The position numbers were made by a program, and so were the translations under genes. Shown piece after piece: positions 12,330-22,237 of a stretch of 64,000 nucleotides of DNA. A model generated the notes under the pieces. That model did not search any database. It saw nothing but the letters and a program-made list of their open reading frames with translations, and was not told where the DNA came from. Every line of letters begins with the position of its first letter. Position 1 is the first letter of the stretch. The stretch is from sequence record MH383160.1. One strand, written 5' to 3'.

Positions 12330-12596
12330 TTATTCAAGTACTGCTATCTTTTTAGTACTGTACACAGTAACACGGTTGCCCTTGCGGTCGTGCTTTATTT
12401 CTACCACTCGACGCGATACACTATCAGGACTTTTTAACGCCGATAACCAGTACTGTAAGGATCTGGCTGTACTTTGCTTTACTACCGCCCAACGTTTACC
12501 ACGTTCCGATTGCACGCCCATATCTTTAAACGTTGCCCCGTCCTGGCGAGCGGCGATCCGAGCTTGTTCACGCGTTGCAAAGTATATAATATTCAT
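12330..12596 (-). CDS. Early hypothetical protein, paralogue of 620-1024
   Basis: Start trimmed to MNIIYFATREQ; shared motifs with 620-1024. Confidence 0.75.
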   Translation of the reverse strand: MNIIYFATREQARIAARQDGATFKDMGVQSERGKRWAVVKQSTARSLQYWLSALKSPDSVSRRVVEIKHDRKGNRVTVYSTKKIAVLE

Positions 12597-14165
12597 GCTG
12601 TTATCCCATCGTTGATGTATGAATAAAATCCTATTATAAAGTACTATCACCGTGCAATAGTACTTTAAATAAATTCTATTACATTCCAACCATTGCAGCA
12701 CGGATCGCCGTAGTGCTATATTTGAATCCGTCCGGCGTTTTATCTTGTCCAGTCTGTTCTAAAAATAGCATCATATGACGGGCCGCATCATTGCGATTAG
12801 TGTTAGCGGCAATAAAGTCCTGGGCCAACCGGTATAATGATTCATCGTTATTAATCCAAAGGCTTACATTCCATTGAGTTTTGTTAGCGTGACCTAAGAA
12901 CATTTTTGATTTAGCCATTTTTAAATCCTCGTTTGATTTGAGGCGGGAATAGTTCCCGCTCTCGATGTAAAGTATTATACGCTATTTGTTAGTACTGTCA
13001 AACTACTTTTTAAAACTTATTCGTAAATCTTGCCACTGTCAGCCCATACCAGGAAACGAGGCATATTATCCCATGCATCTTGTTTTAAATTTAAACCGTG
13101 TAATACTTCTGTACTTTCCATTCCTGGTACTGGTTTACTATACACCGCGAACAATTCACCCATATACTGATAAGCCATCGTTAAATCACTTGCGATCATC
13201 TTATGGATCATCGCATCAAGCATCACGGTAGCGGCGTATTGTTCACGCTTAAGCGGTAACATTGCAATAAGTTCCCGATAAGCTGAAATGTGAATTTTTA
13301 CCGTTTCTGCCGGAAGATCTTTCATCTCGTCGCGGAAGTTAACCAGGTTAGCAATAATTTTATTGATTTGAGTAGCCATCGTTTTAATCTCTCTTAAAGT
13401 GTAGCGGGAAGTGTTCCCGCTCTCGATGTAAAACATTCTACACCTTTCCCAATACTTTGCAAGTACTTTCTACAAATACTTTTAAAATAGTTTTCTTTCT
13501 ATATAGGAGTACTATCATTCAGTACTGCTACACTAGAATCAATCAACCAAATCACTACTATACCCCATAAAACGGCCTCAGACGCATTCTAACGCATTAA
13601 TACACCTAAGCTATACATTTGCACCGCCACCAGCTAACCAGGGCTTTACGATGCGTTTAAACGCGTTAAATTATTTTCAATTATTTTGTTTTTTGCTATT
13701 GACTCAGTACTAAAAAAGCGTATAATTACTACATAGACGCGAGAAAGCGGATATCCCAAGGGGTGCGGAATTGTGCCCAAAATTCAAGATATAAAAAAAA
13801 GGATACACTCCCGCACCCTAGCAGGTCAAAGCACTTTCTCAGTACTGAATCATAGTACCATAGTACGCCCCAGGATGGCAAGCAAATTAATTAAAACTTT
13901 TTTCATCCAGGGTATTGCTTTATTTTTCCAGTACTGTATAATAGTTTCATCAAGTCGAGAAAGACTATAGCCCACCGGGTGCATAGTTACGCCCAAAATT
14001 TCAGTACTAGATTATTTTTTAAAAATATTCATCCAGGCGGTTGACATTGCCCCCAGTTTATTAGATAATGATTCCAGATTCAGAAAAATCTAACTCCAGA
14101 TACTGCGGGGAAACTATCCCCACGCGGTAGGGGAACTATTGGAAAAAAACAAAATAAAATTTTGA

Positions 14166-14295
14166 TTTAGCCGTCTATACTTCCAGACGTGTAACCATCT
14201 AGCCGTTTAGCCGTCCAAACGTCTAGCCATACAGCCATCCAGAAATCTAGCCGTTTAGCCGTCTAGATAGATAGCCATCTTTACTTCCAGACTTC
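14166..14295. repeat. Iteron-like array: 8 x AGCC(G/A)T, a 19-bp direct repeat and an 11-bp direct repeat
   Basis: AGCCRT at 14169, 14201, 14209, 14225, 14233, 14249, 14257, 14273; ATCTAGCCGTTTAGCCGTC at 14197 and 14245; TACTTCCAGAC at 14178 and 14282. Confidence 0.9.
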
Positions 14296-14389
14296 TGGAG
14301 GGCTAGACATATCTACGTCCAAAATCCATCCAGGGTAACTACGCCCAAAATCCGTCAGTACTATACCATAGATCTATCTTTTGAAAGGG

Positions 14390-14463
14390 AGTATTCAGTA
14401 CTGCCACAATAGCCCTCACTGTTACTGTAGGAGGATGAAGACTATCATGTAGTACTGAATACT
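14390..14463. repeat. Perfect 13-bp inverted repeat
   Basis: AGTATTCAGTACT (14390-14402) and AGTACTGAATACT (14451-14463). Confidence 0.85.
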
Positions 14464-15345
14464 GTTAGAGGGAACCCACCAGCTTGTGCTGGTGGCATAA
14501 TGCTTTAGATTAAAATCAGTACTAATACCATTCTGTTAATATCAGTACTGTTATTACGATTTTCATATGAGGTTCAAAAAGATGTACCACCACAGGAGGA
14601 ACTATCTTTTCTGTACTGTCTCACGACAGGAGGTAGAGTAAATGAATTGTTCGCAGCAACTCATCTCTCTATGTAGAACATTATACAGTACTGAATCATA
14701 ATGTCAATAGCTTTCTTTCATTATTCAGTACTGATATTCTTGAGAACTACCCGACTACAAACATCATTATATCCCACAAATCATAAACGTCCCAACGTAA
14801 ATTTCAACTTTCGAAGATCCAACTTTTATTTCATAGGTACTCCAAAATTTTTAGGATCGAGATTTAGGATGGAGTACTAACCAACTTTTTGCTGGAGCCT
14901 CAAGGGGTAATGGAATTTTACCCCGAAGGGTAAAGGGGTAATTGAAATTAAGGTGAAAGTAATAATTCAGTACTAATCATTGCGTGATTACTTTTGATTA
15001 CATTTGATGTAATTTGAAAAATGGAAAAGGAGCTTGGAAACTACAAAGTACGGCAGACTTCCTCTGCCTACTTAGTGGCATATTAGTACTGAATCATTCA
15101 CACACATTTCCGTGCATTCTTGAGCAATCTTGTCTATACTAATCAGTACTGAATCATATATAATCATTCTGTGATTCTACGGTGCTCATATAAATGTTTA
15201 TATATGATTACTTATGACTACCTATGATTACGGGGTTTAGCCTGGGGAGAATCCTAGTGATCGCATTTGTCCAGGCTGAATTTTAACAATTCGCCTGTAC
15301 ATAAAGGTTGTTCACTAGGAGCTTCCCCTGTCTACTTGTGTTTAA

Positions 15346-17468
15346 TTACTTCCTATATATAAGCATTAAGATATAGTAGTACTGATTGTACTGTACATTC
15401 TCTTTAATATTATAAGGGTCTATAGCAATCTCGGTACATCTGTTAAATGCATATCTATTAAATGCCAGTGGAATTATAGATCTAATCCATACTTGTTCAT
15501 TTTCTTTTAGTTTACTTATATAGAAGTTTTTATACTCTTTATGCATAGTATTATGTCTATTAATATGATAGTACTAGTGTTAGTACTGAGCACAATTTTT
15601 CTTTATAGTTCTTAGGGTATATAGAATCTTTTATGCACTCATTGAAGTGCCATAGGTATAATCTTGGGTCGCATTCTTTATATATTCTTACGGGGACGAA
15701 TGTTAGTTTTCTTATATAGAATTCTTTATGTTCTTTATTCATATTAGTACCTGAATATAAGTAGGATTATGTTATAGTACTGGTTAGTACTGCAATGATT
15801 CTCTATACATCGATTAACAGTTATGGAATAGCTATATCTGGCGTAAGCATTATCCAGCGGGATTTTACATTGAGCACTTAGAGAAAGTACAGTAGGTAGT
15901 GTATTCAAATAGAAGTCTTTGTAATTATTCATACAGGAATAGTATACCTATGATGCCGGAGTACAGGTTAGTACTGTTACCATCTTCATTTGCGTTTAAA
16001 GTCATTTGAATACAATTATTGTAGCATACTCTGCCGAAATATGTATTAGTACTTAAAGGTGGTGTAGTCCTTAGAAACATTTGTTCTGAGGGGCTTATGT
16101 ATTTGGAGTAGAATTCTTTATGTTCTTTATTCATATTAGTTAGTGTCTGTATATAAGTAATAGTAAGAATACGTACTGCACATCTTCATCTTTAGTATTG
16201 AGTACTGTACGTATTGCGTCATGGAACAAGAATATAGTACTTGGGTCATGAAAATTTAAAGGGGTTCTGGGTACGGCACATTTGTAGTTCCCTTTAACAA
16301 ATTGTGTGTAGTATTCTCTATGCATATTAGTACCTATATATTAGGGCGAGAATGTAGTACAATTCATATGGAATGTAATTTGGGGTGATCGCACACTGTG
16401 TATGGTAAATGAATTGTTCGGTATTTTTCTTATCCTTGATATCTATTGGGATTTGTGGTATAAGCATTTGGGAGTTTAGATCGAGATGGCTTAAGTAGAA
16501 TTCTTTATGCATATTGTTCTCTTAGAATACGAAAGCTAGGTACAGGGTATGATACAGTACTCGATGATAGCTGTCAAAATCTAGTATACATGCTTTAGTA
16601 CACATAGTAAAATACACTTTATCATTTTGTGCATTGATACCGCGAGGTTTATCTAATAGATTAGTTCTGAGGTACATTGGGAAATATTTTGTGTAGTATT
16701 CTTTATGCATGTTAGTACCTGAATATAAGTAGGATAGTGTTATATAGCTGGTCATAACTACTACTATTTTCTATACTTCGTTCTATGCAGTTATTGAATC
16801 CAAGTACTGCCAAATCGTTATCCAGAGGGACTTTATATCTGGCGTAGTGTTCAAAAATGCTGGGGAGAAATTGTTTGTAGTATTCTTTGTGCATATTGTT
16901 CTCTTTAGTACTTGAATATTAGGGCGAGGATGTAATACAGTTTATATGTTCTATCCTCGTACATTAGGGTGTACTTAGTACATTCTTGGAACATTGTTTT
17001 TGCGTCATCTTTTATGCCCAATGTAACGTTTGGTATAAGGCTTTGTAGATACATTGGGAGTTTCTCTATGTAGTATTCTTTATAGTTGTTCATATTATGT
17101 GTTATTTCGTGAAAACAAGGGTTAGTACTGCATAGTACAAGTCATACGTATCTTTAGGGTTAATAGCACCTTTAATACATTCTTTCATTAATTCATTATA
17201 GATAATTTTAGTACTGAAGGTATTGGATGTTACTATATCGGAATTAAGGTACGACAAGTAGAATTCTTTATGTTTGTGCATATTAGTACTTATATATTAG
17301 TAAAAGGATGTGATACAGTACTCGATTATAGTCTTCAATATATATCGAGGATTTAGTGCACTGAATGAAGTAGTCTTTTTCGTAGTTTTTTTCTATACCC
17401 AATGGTTCTGTTGGTAGAAGGTGTTGGAGATACATTGGGAGTTTCTCTATGTAGTATTCTTTATGCAT
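15346..17468 (-). other. Tandem array A1: 11 paralogous ~59-69 aa CDSs (15346-15546, 15560-15742, 15744-15932, 15925-16134, 16140-16325, 16327-16512, 16522-16710, 16712-16894, 16905-17093, 17102-17281, 17283-17468)
   Basis: Shared N-terminal M(H/N)xx(K)E(F/Y)Y and C-terminal Yx(I/V)LxL(I/V)(F/Y)xY; tight TAA-T-ATG coupling. 17102-17281 translated by hand. Confidence 0.85.
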
Positions 17469-18126
17469 AGTTTGTAATATACGTAATGAGGTGATGCATT
17501 TTCTTATTAGTACTGATAATTTCCTGTACATGTTTTGTCAGATTGTACGCGTTTTTATAGAGTACTGGATTATCGATTACAGTACTGTACATGAATAGTT
17601 CTTCTTCCTGTAGTTCTTTGTGTTCTAGTTCTTTGAGGAATTGCAGTACTGTATCAGTTTCGTCAGTAGGTTGTGCTTGCCAGAAGTGCATTTTCTCGTG
17701 TACTTTTTCTGATCCTACGTAGTATCCATCACCGATTTGGAATTGAGCACTACTGATATCATTTGGTGTATTACAATTCACGAATAGGTATACGTTTCCA
17801 TAAGAGATATTCAAAACACACGGGATACCATTTAACTGTATAGTTAAGCCGAAATATACGTTTTTTATATTTTTAGTACTAGTATTAGTACTCAATACTT
17901 TTAAATCAGTATTATAGATATTCGCATAATCAATAGAGATATTATTTTTCTTCAAGTACGATTTGAGGTTCTTAGATACGAGAACTGTACTGAATTTATC
18001 CTTTTTATTTCGTTTCTTTAGTACATTAGGGTGATAAGTATATGAAGATGTAACTGATTCTGCTTGAATACTGTTGAGGTACTTAAAGTGCTTAAGGTAT
18101 TGTTTACTGTGTGCATTAAGTTTCAT
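17461..18126 (-). CDS. Hypothetical protein (221 aa) interrupting the small-ORF array
   Basis: ORF with AAGGA RBS; unrelated to its neighbours. Confidence 0.75.
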   Translation of the reverse strand: MKLNAHSKQYLKHFKYLNSIQAESVTSSYTYHPNVLKKRNKKDKFSTVLVSKNLKSYLKKNNISIDYANIYNTDLKVLSTNTSTKNIKNVYFGLTIQLNGIPCVLNISYGNVYLFVNCNTPNDISSAQFQIGDGYYVGSEKVHEKMHFWQAQPTDETDTVLQFLKELEHKELQEEELFMYSTVIDNPVLYKNAYNLTKHVQEIISTNKKMHHLITYITNYA

Positions 18127-18136
18127 TTGGTTTCCT

Positions 18137-19746
18137 TTATATAGATGCCAGGGCGAGGATTTCCCTGTAGGGATTATCTTGTGTTAGTACAGAATAAATG
18201 CAGCTATTGAGATTAATATTTTTAGTACTTTTTGTTCCTAGTTTGTAGTAATCAACGAATGTGTCGTACATGAAACGGTCTTTTATGGTTATACGTTCTA
18301 TATAGAATTGTTGCATAGTATTCCTTATATAGAGATTAGTTTCATTACTTCTCTGTATGTGTACTTTTCGTTTTGTGCATCTCTTGTGACGACATATAGG
18401 AAGGTGTGTTTATCTTTTTTGTTCCCGCAATTGTAGAAAATATTGAACTTATTGAAGTTGAATCTTTCGGCGTGTTGTAGTTTAGTTAAATAGAATTCTA
18501 TGTTCATTTTATTCCTTACATTTCAATAAGTTTAAGTACTGCTCGGTACGTGTACTTAGTTGTCAGTGCTTCTTTAATAGAAACACAGAAGTAATGTTTT
18601 TTGTCTCTTATACTGCCGCGTTTGTAGTACCACACATGGGAGTTGTGACTGTACTTGTCTCTGTCGGATAGTTGTTGGTAGTAGTAGCTTATATGATTCA
18701 TTATAATGTAATTAGCCTTACTATATTAAAGTACTCGGTTCCTGGTGTACCTTGTAGTATATTACGCACGACATTTTTTTGGTGCTGGATGATTGCTGAA
18801 GGTGCGGTTCTTTTTAGTTTTTTTAAAGTACTGAATTCTTGTTTAAGTATGAACTGTACATCTTTAGGGAGAATATCTATGTAGTACTGATGAATGTTTG
18901 TAGTTTTCATATAGCACCTTTTAGAACTTAAAGATGAGGTTCAGGATAGAGCGGTACTTAGTTTCAGGGAACTGATGTTCTATTGCATAACGTGTCGCCA
19001 TCCTGAAATCGTAATTGTAATATAGATTATCCTTTCTCATAGGTGGTGCTAAAGAGAATGATAGCTGGTCTTGCTTGTGTAGTTTACTACCATAGAAATC
19101 TTTATGATTATTCATAGAAGTAGATTAGTCCTATTAAACCTGAGTACATAATATTTTTGTTATTGCATTCGATTGCTTCTAGAGTACTACGTATACAATT
19201 ATTAAAGCAATCTCTACCGAATTGAGTATTGGTACTTACAGGTGATACACTCCTTAGAAACAATTGTTCTTCGTTGCTAAGGTATTTGGTGTAGAATTCT
19301 TTATGTTCAGTATTCATATTAGTACTCGATTAATAGGGTAAGGATGTAATAGTATTGCATACATTCTACCCCTTGTAAAGCATTTCTTATGTTATTATTC
19401 CTGTACGAGTTCAGGAGTTTAGGGCTACGTTTGAGGTGTTTGAAATTAGTTTGTGTATGCAGTAGGCTTTCACGTAGACCTTTTGTTGGTAGTGCATCGA
19501 TGTAGTACTGTTCGATATTCATATAGATAGCAGTACTAAGATTTTTGATAATTGTTTATTGCTATCCCCGCAGATGTTGCTGTGTAAAATACTCACAATG
19601 AGGGTATCAATTGCATTGTTCATCATAAGGGTGCATCCTGGACTATTATAATTTTTTAGCTCAATTAGCCACGAACTATCCGAGAGAAATTCCCCGTACT
19701 CTAGTTCATTTAGAGTATTGAGGTAGTACTTAAGAGTATTTGTCAT
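18137..19746 (-). other. Tandem array A2: 8 related small CDSs (18137-18316, 18325-18507, 18516-18701, 18701-18910, 18921-19115, 19108-19317, 19319-19522, 19519-19746)
   Basis: Same N-terminal (F/Y)Y motif and hydrophobic C-terminal helix; 19108-19317 is a clear paralogue of 15925-16134. 18137-18316 translated by hand. Confidence 0.8.
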
Positions 19747-19771
19747 GTGTAGTTCTCCTTATATTCCTTCT

Positions 19772-19800
19772 ATAGTACACCAGTACTGAAAGGATGTCAA
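19772..19800 (-). promoter_or_regulatory. sigma70 promoter for the small-ORF array, divergent from the plus-strand array
   Basis: TTGACA-17-TACTAT on the minus strand with AGTACT in the spacer. Confidence 0.7.
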
Positions 19801-19848
19801 GGGTTTTCTTTATGGGGTAAATATGATATAATGAATAAGGAGGGAAAT

Positions 19849-20985
19849 ATGTTACCTTTTGCAAGAATGATGAATTATGGGAACGTAGCACCAGATAAAC
19901 TAAAAATACGTGATATTGTTGCAGGTGCTAATTCATTATTACTAATAACAGAGGATAATGAATTATGGGTGCGTGGTAATAATGCGTATGGCAAATTAGG
20001 TATAGGAACTGATACTATAGTGAATGTAACCGAGTGGACTAAAGTTAGAGATGATGTTAAGTTTGCTTGTGCTAGTAATTTAGTATGCGTTGTATTAACT
20101 GTAGATAATAAAATTTTATACTGTGGTGATGAATGGTTTGAATCTGGTGGTTCGACAAGTTCTAAAGTTGTTACATGGAAAGATGTTACGACACAATTTA
20201 GTGCAGTGAATCTAAGCACAGTTCGTGAAATGAAAATAACTTATTATTGTGTAGGATTACTTACAAATGATAATAGATTATATGCTAAAGGATATGATAA
20301 TAACCAATCATTTGGTGGTTCAACAAGCAAAGTTAATGCTGTATTAGTTGCGTCAAATGTTTCAAAATTCTACACTTCTCTATCTGGTACTATATATTCT
20401 AGTACTACTGGTGGTTACTATCGCTGTGGTATAAGCAATACTGGAGCATTGGGTACTAGCACAAATTTAACTTCTTATAATTTGTACTCTGCTCCCGAAT
20501 TTGCATCCGAATGTGCAGTTGGTATGTCAACATTAAACTCTGGTATATTATATTATGATACTAATGGTATCACTAGATATGTTATAGCAGGTCAAAATAG
20601 AAATTATCAACTAGGTAATTCTTCTTCAAATACCACAAACGTATATTCGTATACAGAATTAACCGGATATAGAGGCAGGTTTAGGGATTTGTGGAGTGAT
20701 ATGAATAACTCTGTTCTTTCTTTTGCTATAAGCACAGATGGCAATACTTTATATTATGCTGGTACTAACAATACACTATCTTCTGGTGATCCTGGTGTTG
20801 AATATTCATCTGCATTCAAAGAAGTACCACACGGGTTTAATGATATAACAAAGGCGGCATCGTTAGCATATCTATCTATAGTGCAAGATTCAACGGGATG
20901 GTATTATTCTGGAAATGCAACTACGTTATATGGTTTGCCATCGAGTGGTGAATTTATACCATTACCATTACCAACATTAATTTAA
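19849..20985 (+). CDS. Array gene 1: RCC1/BLIP-II-like beta-propeller with MLPFARMMNYGN tag
   Basis: GxNxxGxLG repeats (RGNNAYGKLGIG, GQNRNYQLGN); start trimmed to MLPF after the GGAGG RBS. Confidence 0.85.
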   Translation: MLPFARMMNYGNVAPDKLKIRDIVAGANSLLLITEDNELWVRGNNAYGKLGIGTDTIVNVTEWTKVRDDVKFACASNLVCVVLTVDNKILYCGDEWFESGGSTSSKVVTWKDVTTQFSAVNLSTVREMKITYYCVGLLTNDNRLYAKGYDNNQSFGGSTSKVNAVLVASNVSKFYTSLSGTIYSSTTGGYYRCGISNTGALGTSTNLTSYNLYSAPEFASECAVGMSTLNSGILYYDTNGITRYVIAGQNRNYQLGNSSSNTTNVYSYTELTGYRGRFRDLWSDMNNSVLSFAISTDGNTLYYAGTNNTLSSGDPGVEYSSAFKEVPHGFNDITKAASLAYLSIVQDSTGWYYSGNATTLYGLPSSGEFIPLPLPTLI

Positions 20986-21057
20986 ATATAGGCCAGTACT
21001 TGATACTGGCTTTCTTTTTTTTGTATTAAATATAGTATAATGAATAAGGAGGGATTT

Positions 21058-22167
21058 ATGTTACCTTTTGGAAGAATGGTTAAGTACGGAAATATTGTAC
21101 CTGGTCCTAAAAATATAATTAAAGTTGGTGCTTCTACACAAGGTCAATTCTTATTGACTGATTCACATGATTTATATTACATAGGTAGAAATCAAGGTGG
21201 TGAATCTGGAAATGGTAATACCAACACGGTATCTTCATGGATATTAGTAAGTGCAGATGTTTCTAATTTTTTCGTGGGTGATCGTACACTTGTTATTATT
21301 AAAAATGATAATACTATATGGACATCAGGTCAAACGTACTGGTTCTCATCTTCTACAACTACTTCTTACAGTACTGTATTAGTTGAAAGGACTAGTTGGT
21401 TTACCACGGCTATACCAGTAAGTGAGATTGCTAATATTGTATGTACAAATGGTTTAATATTTGTACTTAGCACTAATTCAGTACTCTATGGTGCAGGAGA
21501 TAATGGATATCGTGGTTCTTTGGGTATTGGTTCATCATCAATTTATACATTAACTCAATGTGCTACGAACGTTCGTAAAGTAATGACAAATGCGAATGAT
21601 AGTATGTATCTTACATTAGATAATAAGCTATATAGTTCTGGATGGAATAGTAGTGGGCAGCATGGTACGGGGAACCAAACACAAATTAATACTTGGGGAT
21701 TACGTAGTTCTGGTGTAATCGATGCAGCAATTGGTGGTAATGCATTAAATTACTATAATGGTACATCATATTTCGTATGTGGTCAAACTCCAAACTTTCT
21801 TAGTTCAGGTACGACTACATTCCGTGCAGTTCCTGTAAGTACTTTGCCTAATAGTTCTCCGTTGTTTATGACGAATTCACCTGCATTAAATACTGCTACA
21901 CAAATGGTAATTACTAGTACATATCAGAAGGGTGTTGGGGCGAACCGTGGTTTGGGATTAAACAATTCTCAAACTGGTGCTATATATAGTGCTACCAATT
22001 TACAATTACCCGTTGAAGTTAGTGAGATTAGGGATGTTCTTTTTAGTGATGGTTTGACATCGATATTAACCAAAAATGGAGATGTGTATAGTACTGGATC
22101 GTATTACGCCATTCCAGGTGCAATCGAGGATGTTGCAGTCTTTACTAAAATTGATTTACCAAAATAA
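21058..22167 (+). CDS. Array gene 2: RCC1-like propeller with MLPFGRMVKYGN tag
   Basis: GRNQGGESGNG and GWNSSGQHGTG repeats. Confidence 0.85.
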   Translation: MLPFGRMVKYGNIVPGPKNIIKVGASTQGQFLLTDSHDLYYIGRNQGGESGNGNTNTVSSWILVSADVSNFFVGDRTLVIIKNDNTIWTSGQTYWFSSSTTTSYSTVLVERTSWFTTAIPVSEIANIVCTNGLIFVLSTNSVLYGAGDNGYRGSLGIGSSSIYTLTQCATNVRKVMTNANDSMYLTLDNKLYSSGWNSSGQHGTGNQTQINTWGLRSSGVIDAAIGGNALNYYNGTSYFVCGQTPNFLSSGTTTFRAVPVSTLPNSSPLFMTNSPALNTATQMVITSTYQKGVGANRGLGLNNSQTGAIYSATNLQLPVEVSEIRDVLFSDGLTSILTKNGDVYSTGSYYAIPGAIEDVAVFTKIDLPK

Positions 22168-22237
22168 CATAATGCCAGTACTTGATACTGGCTTTTATTT
22201 TTTGATTAAATATAGTATAATGAATAAAGGAGGAATT

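Larger units (their letters stand above)
9819..13379 (-). other. Cluster of early hypothetical CDSs: 9819-10055, 10299-10520, 10606-10794, 10850-11056, 11074-11361, 11417-12028, 12679-12918, 13017-13379
   Basis: ORF track, starts trimmed to RBS-supported ATGs. No family assigned with confidence. Confidence 0.75.
1434..13470 (-). promoter_or_regulatory. About 20 repeated early sigma70 promoter cassettes (TTGACA/TTGCAA-16/17 bp-TATAAT, start region ACATCAAG, GGGGAGAA..TTCTCCCC-type leader hairpin, RBS)
   Basis: Copies near 1460-1519, 1728-1789, 3037-3097, 3662-3722, 5773-5832, 6208-6270, 6792-6855, 7021-7085, 8120-8183, 8440-8503, 9755-9816, 10075-10133, 10538-10602, 12941-13009, 13402-13465. 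Hairpin-less versions near 2090-2129, 4690-4728, 5200-5251, 5480-5523, 7900-7940, 12050-12089. 1434-1526 and 1703-1795 are near-identical. Confidence 0.9.
2276..14495. promoter_or_regulatory. Chi (GCTGGTGG) sites: bottom strand at 2276, 3544, 5007, 8566, 13627, 14476; top strand at 14488
   Basis: Exact CCACCAGC/GCTGGTGG octamers read from the sequence; all but 3544 are intergenic. Confidence 0.85.
13437..15345. other. ~1.9-kb non-coding hub (candidate terminal-repeat boundary, packaging site or origin)
   Basis: No credible ORF; contains iterons, inverted repeats and back-to-back Chi sites. Confidence 0.6.

Noticed and set aside
13437-15345. tRNA genes or DnaA-box clusters in the non-coding hub and at 61.2-61.7 kb
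   Set aside because: No cloverleaf with T-loop GTTCRA and acceptor stem, and no TTATCCACA cluster, found by eye; tRNAscan-SE/ARAGORN would be decisive.
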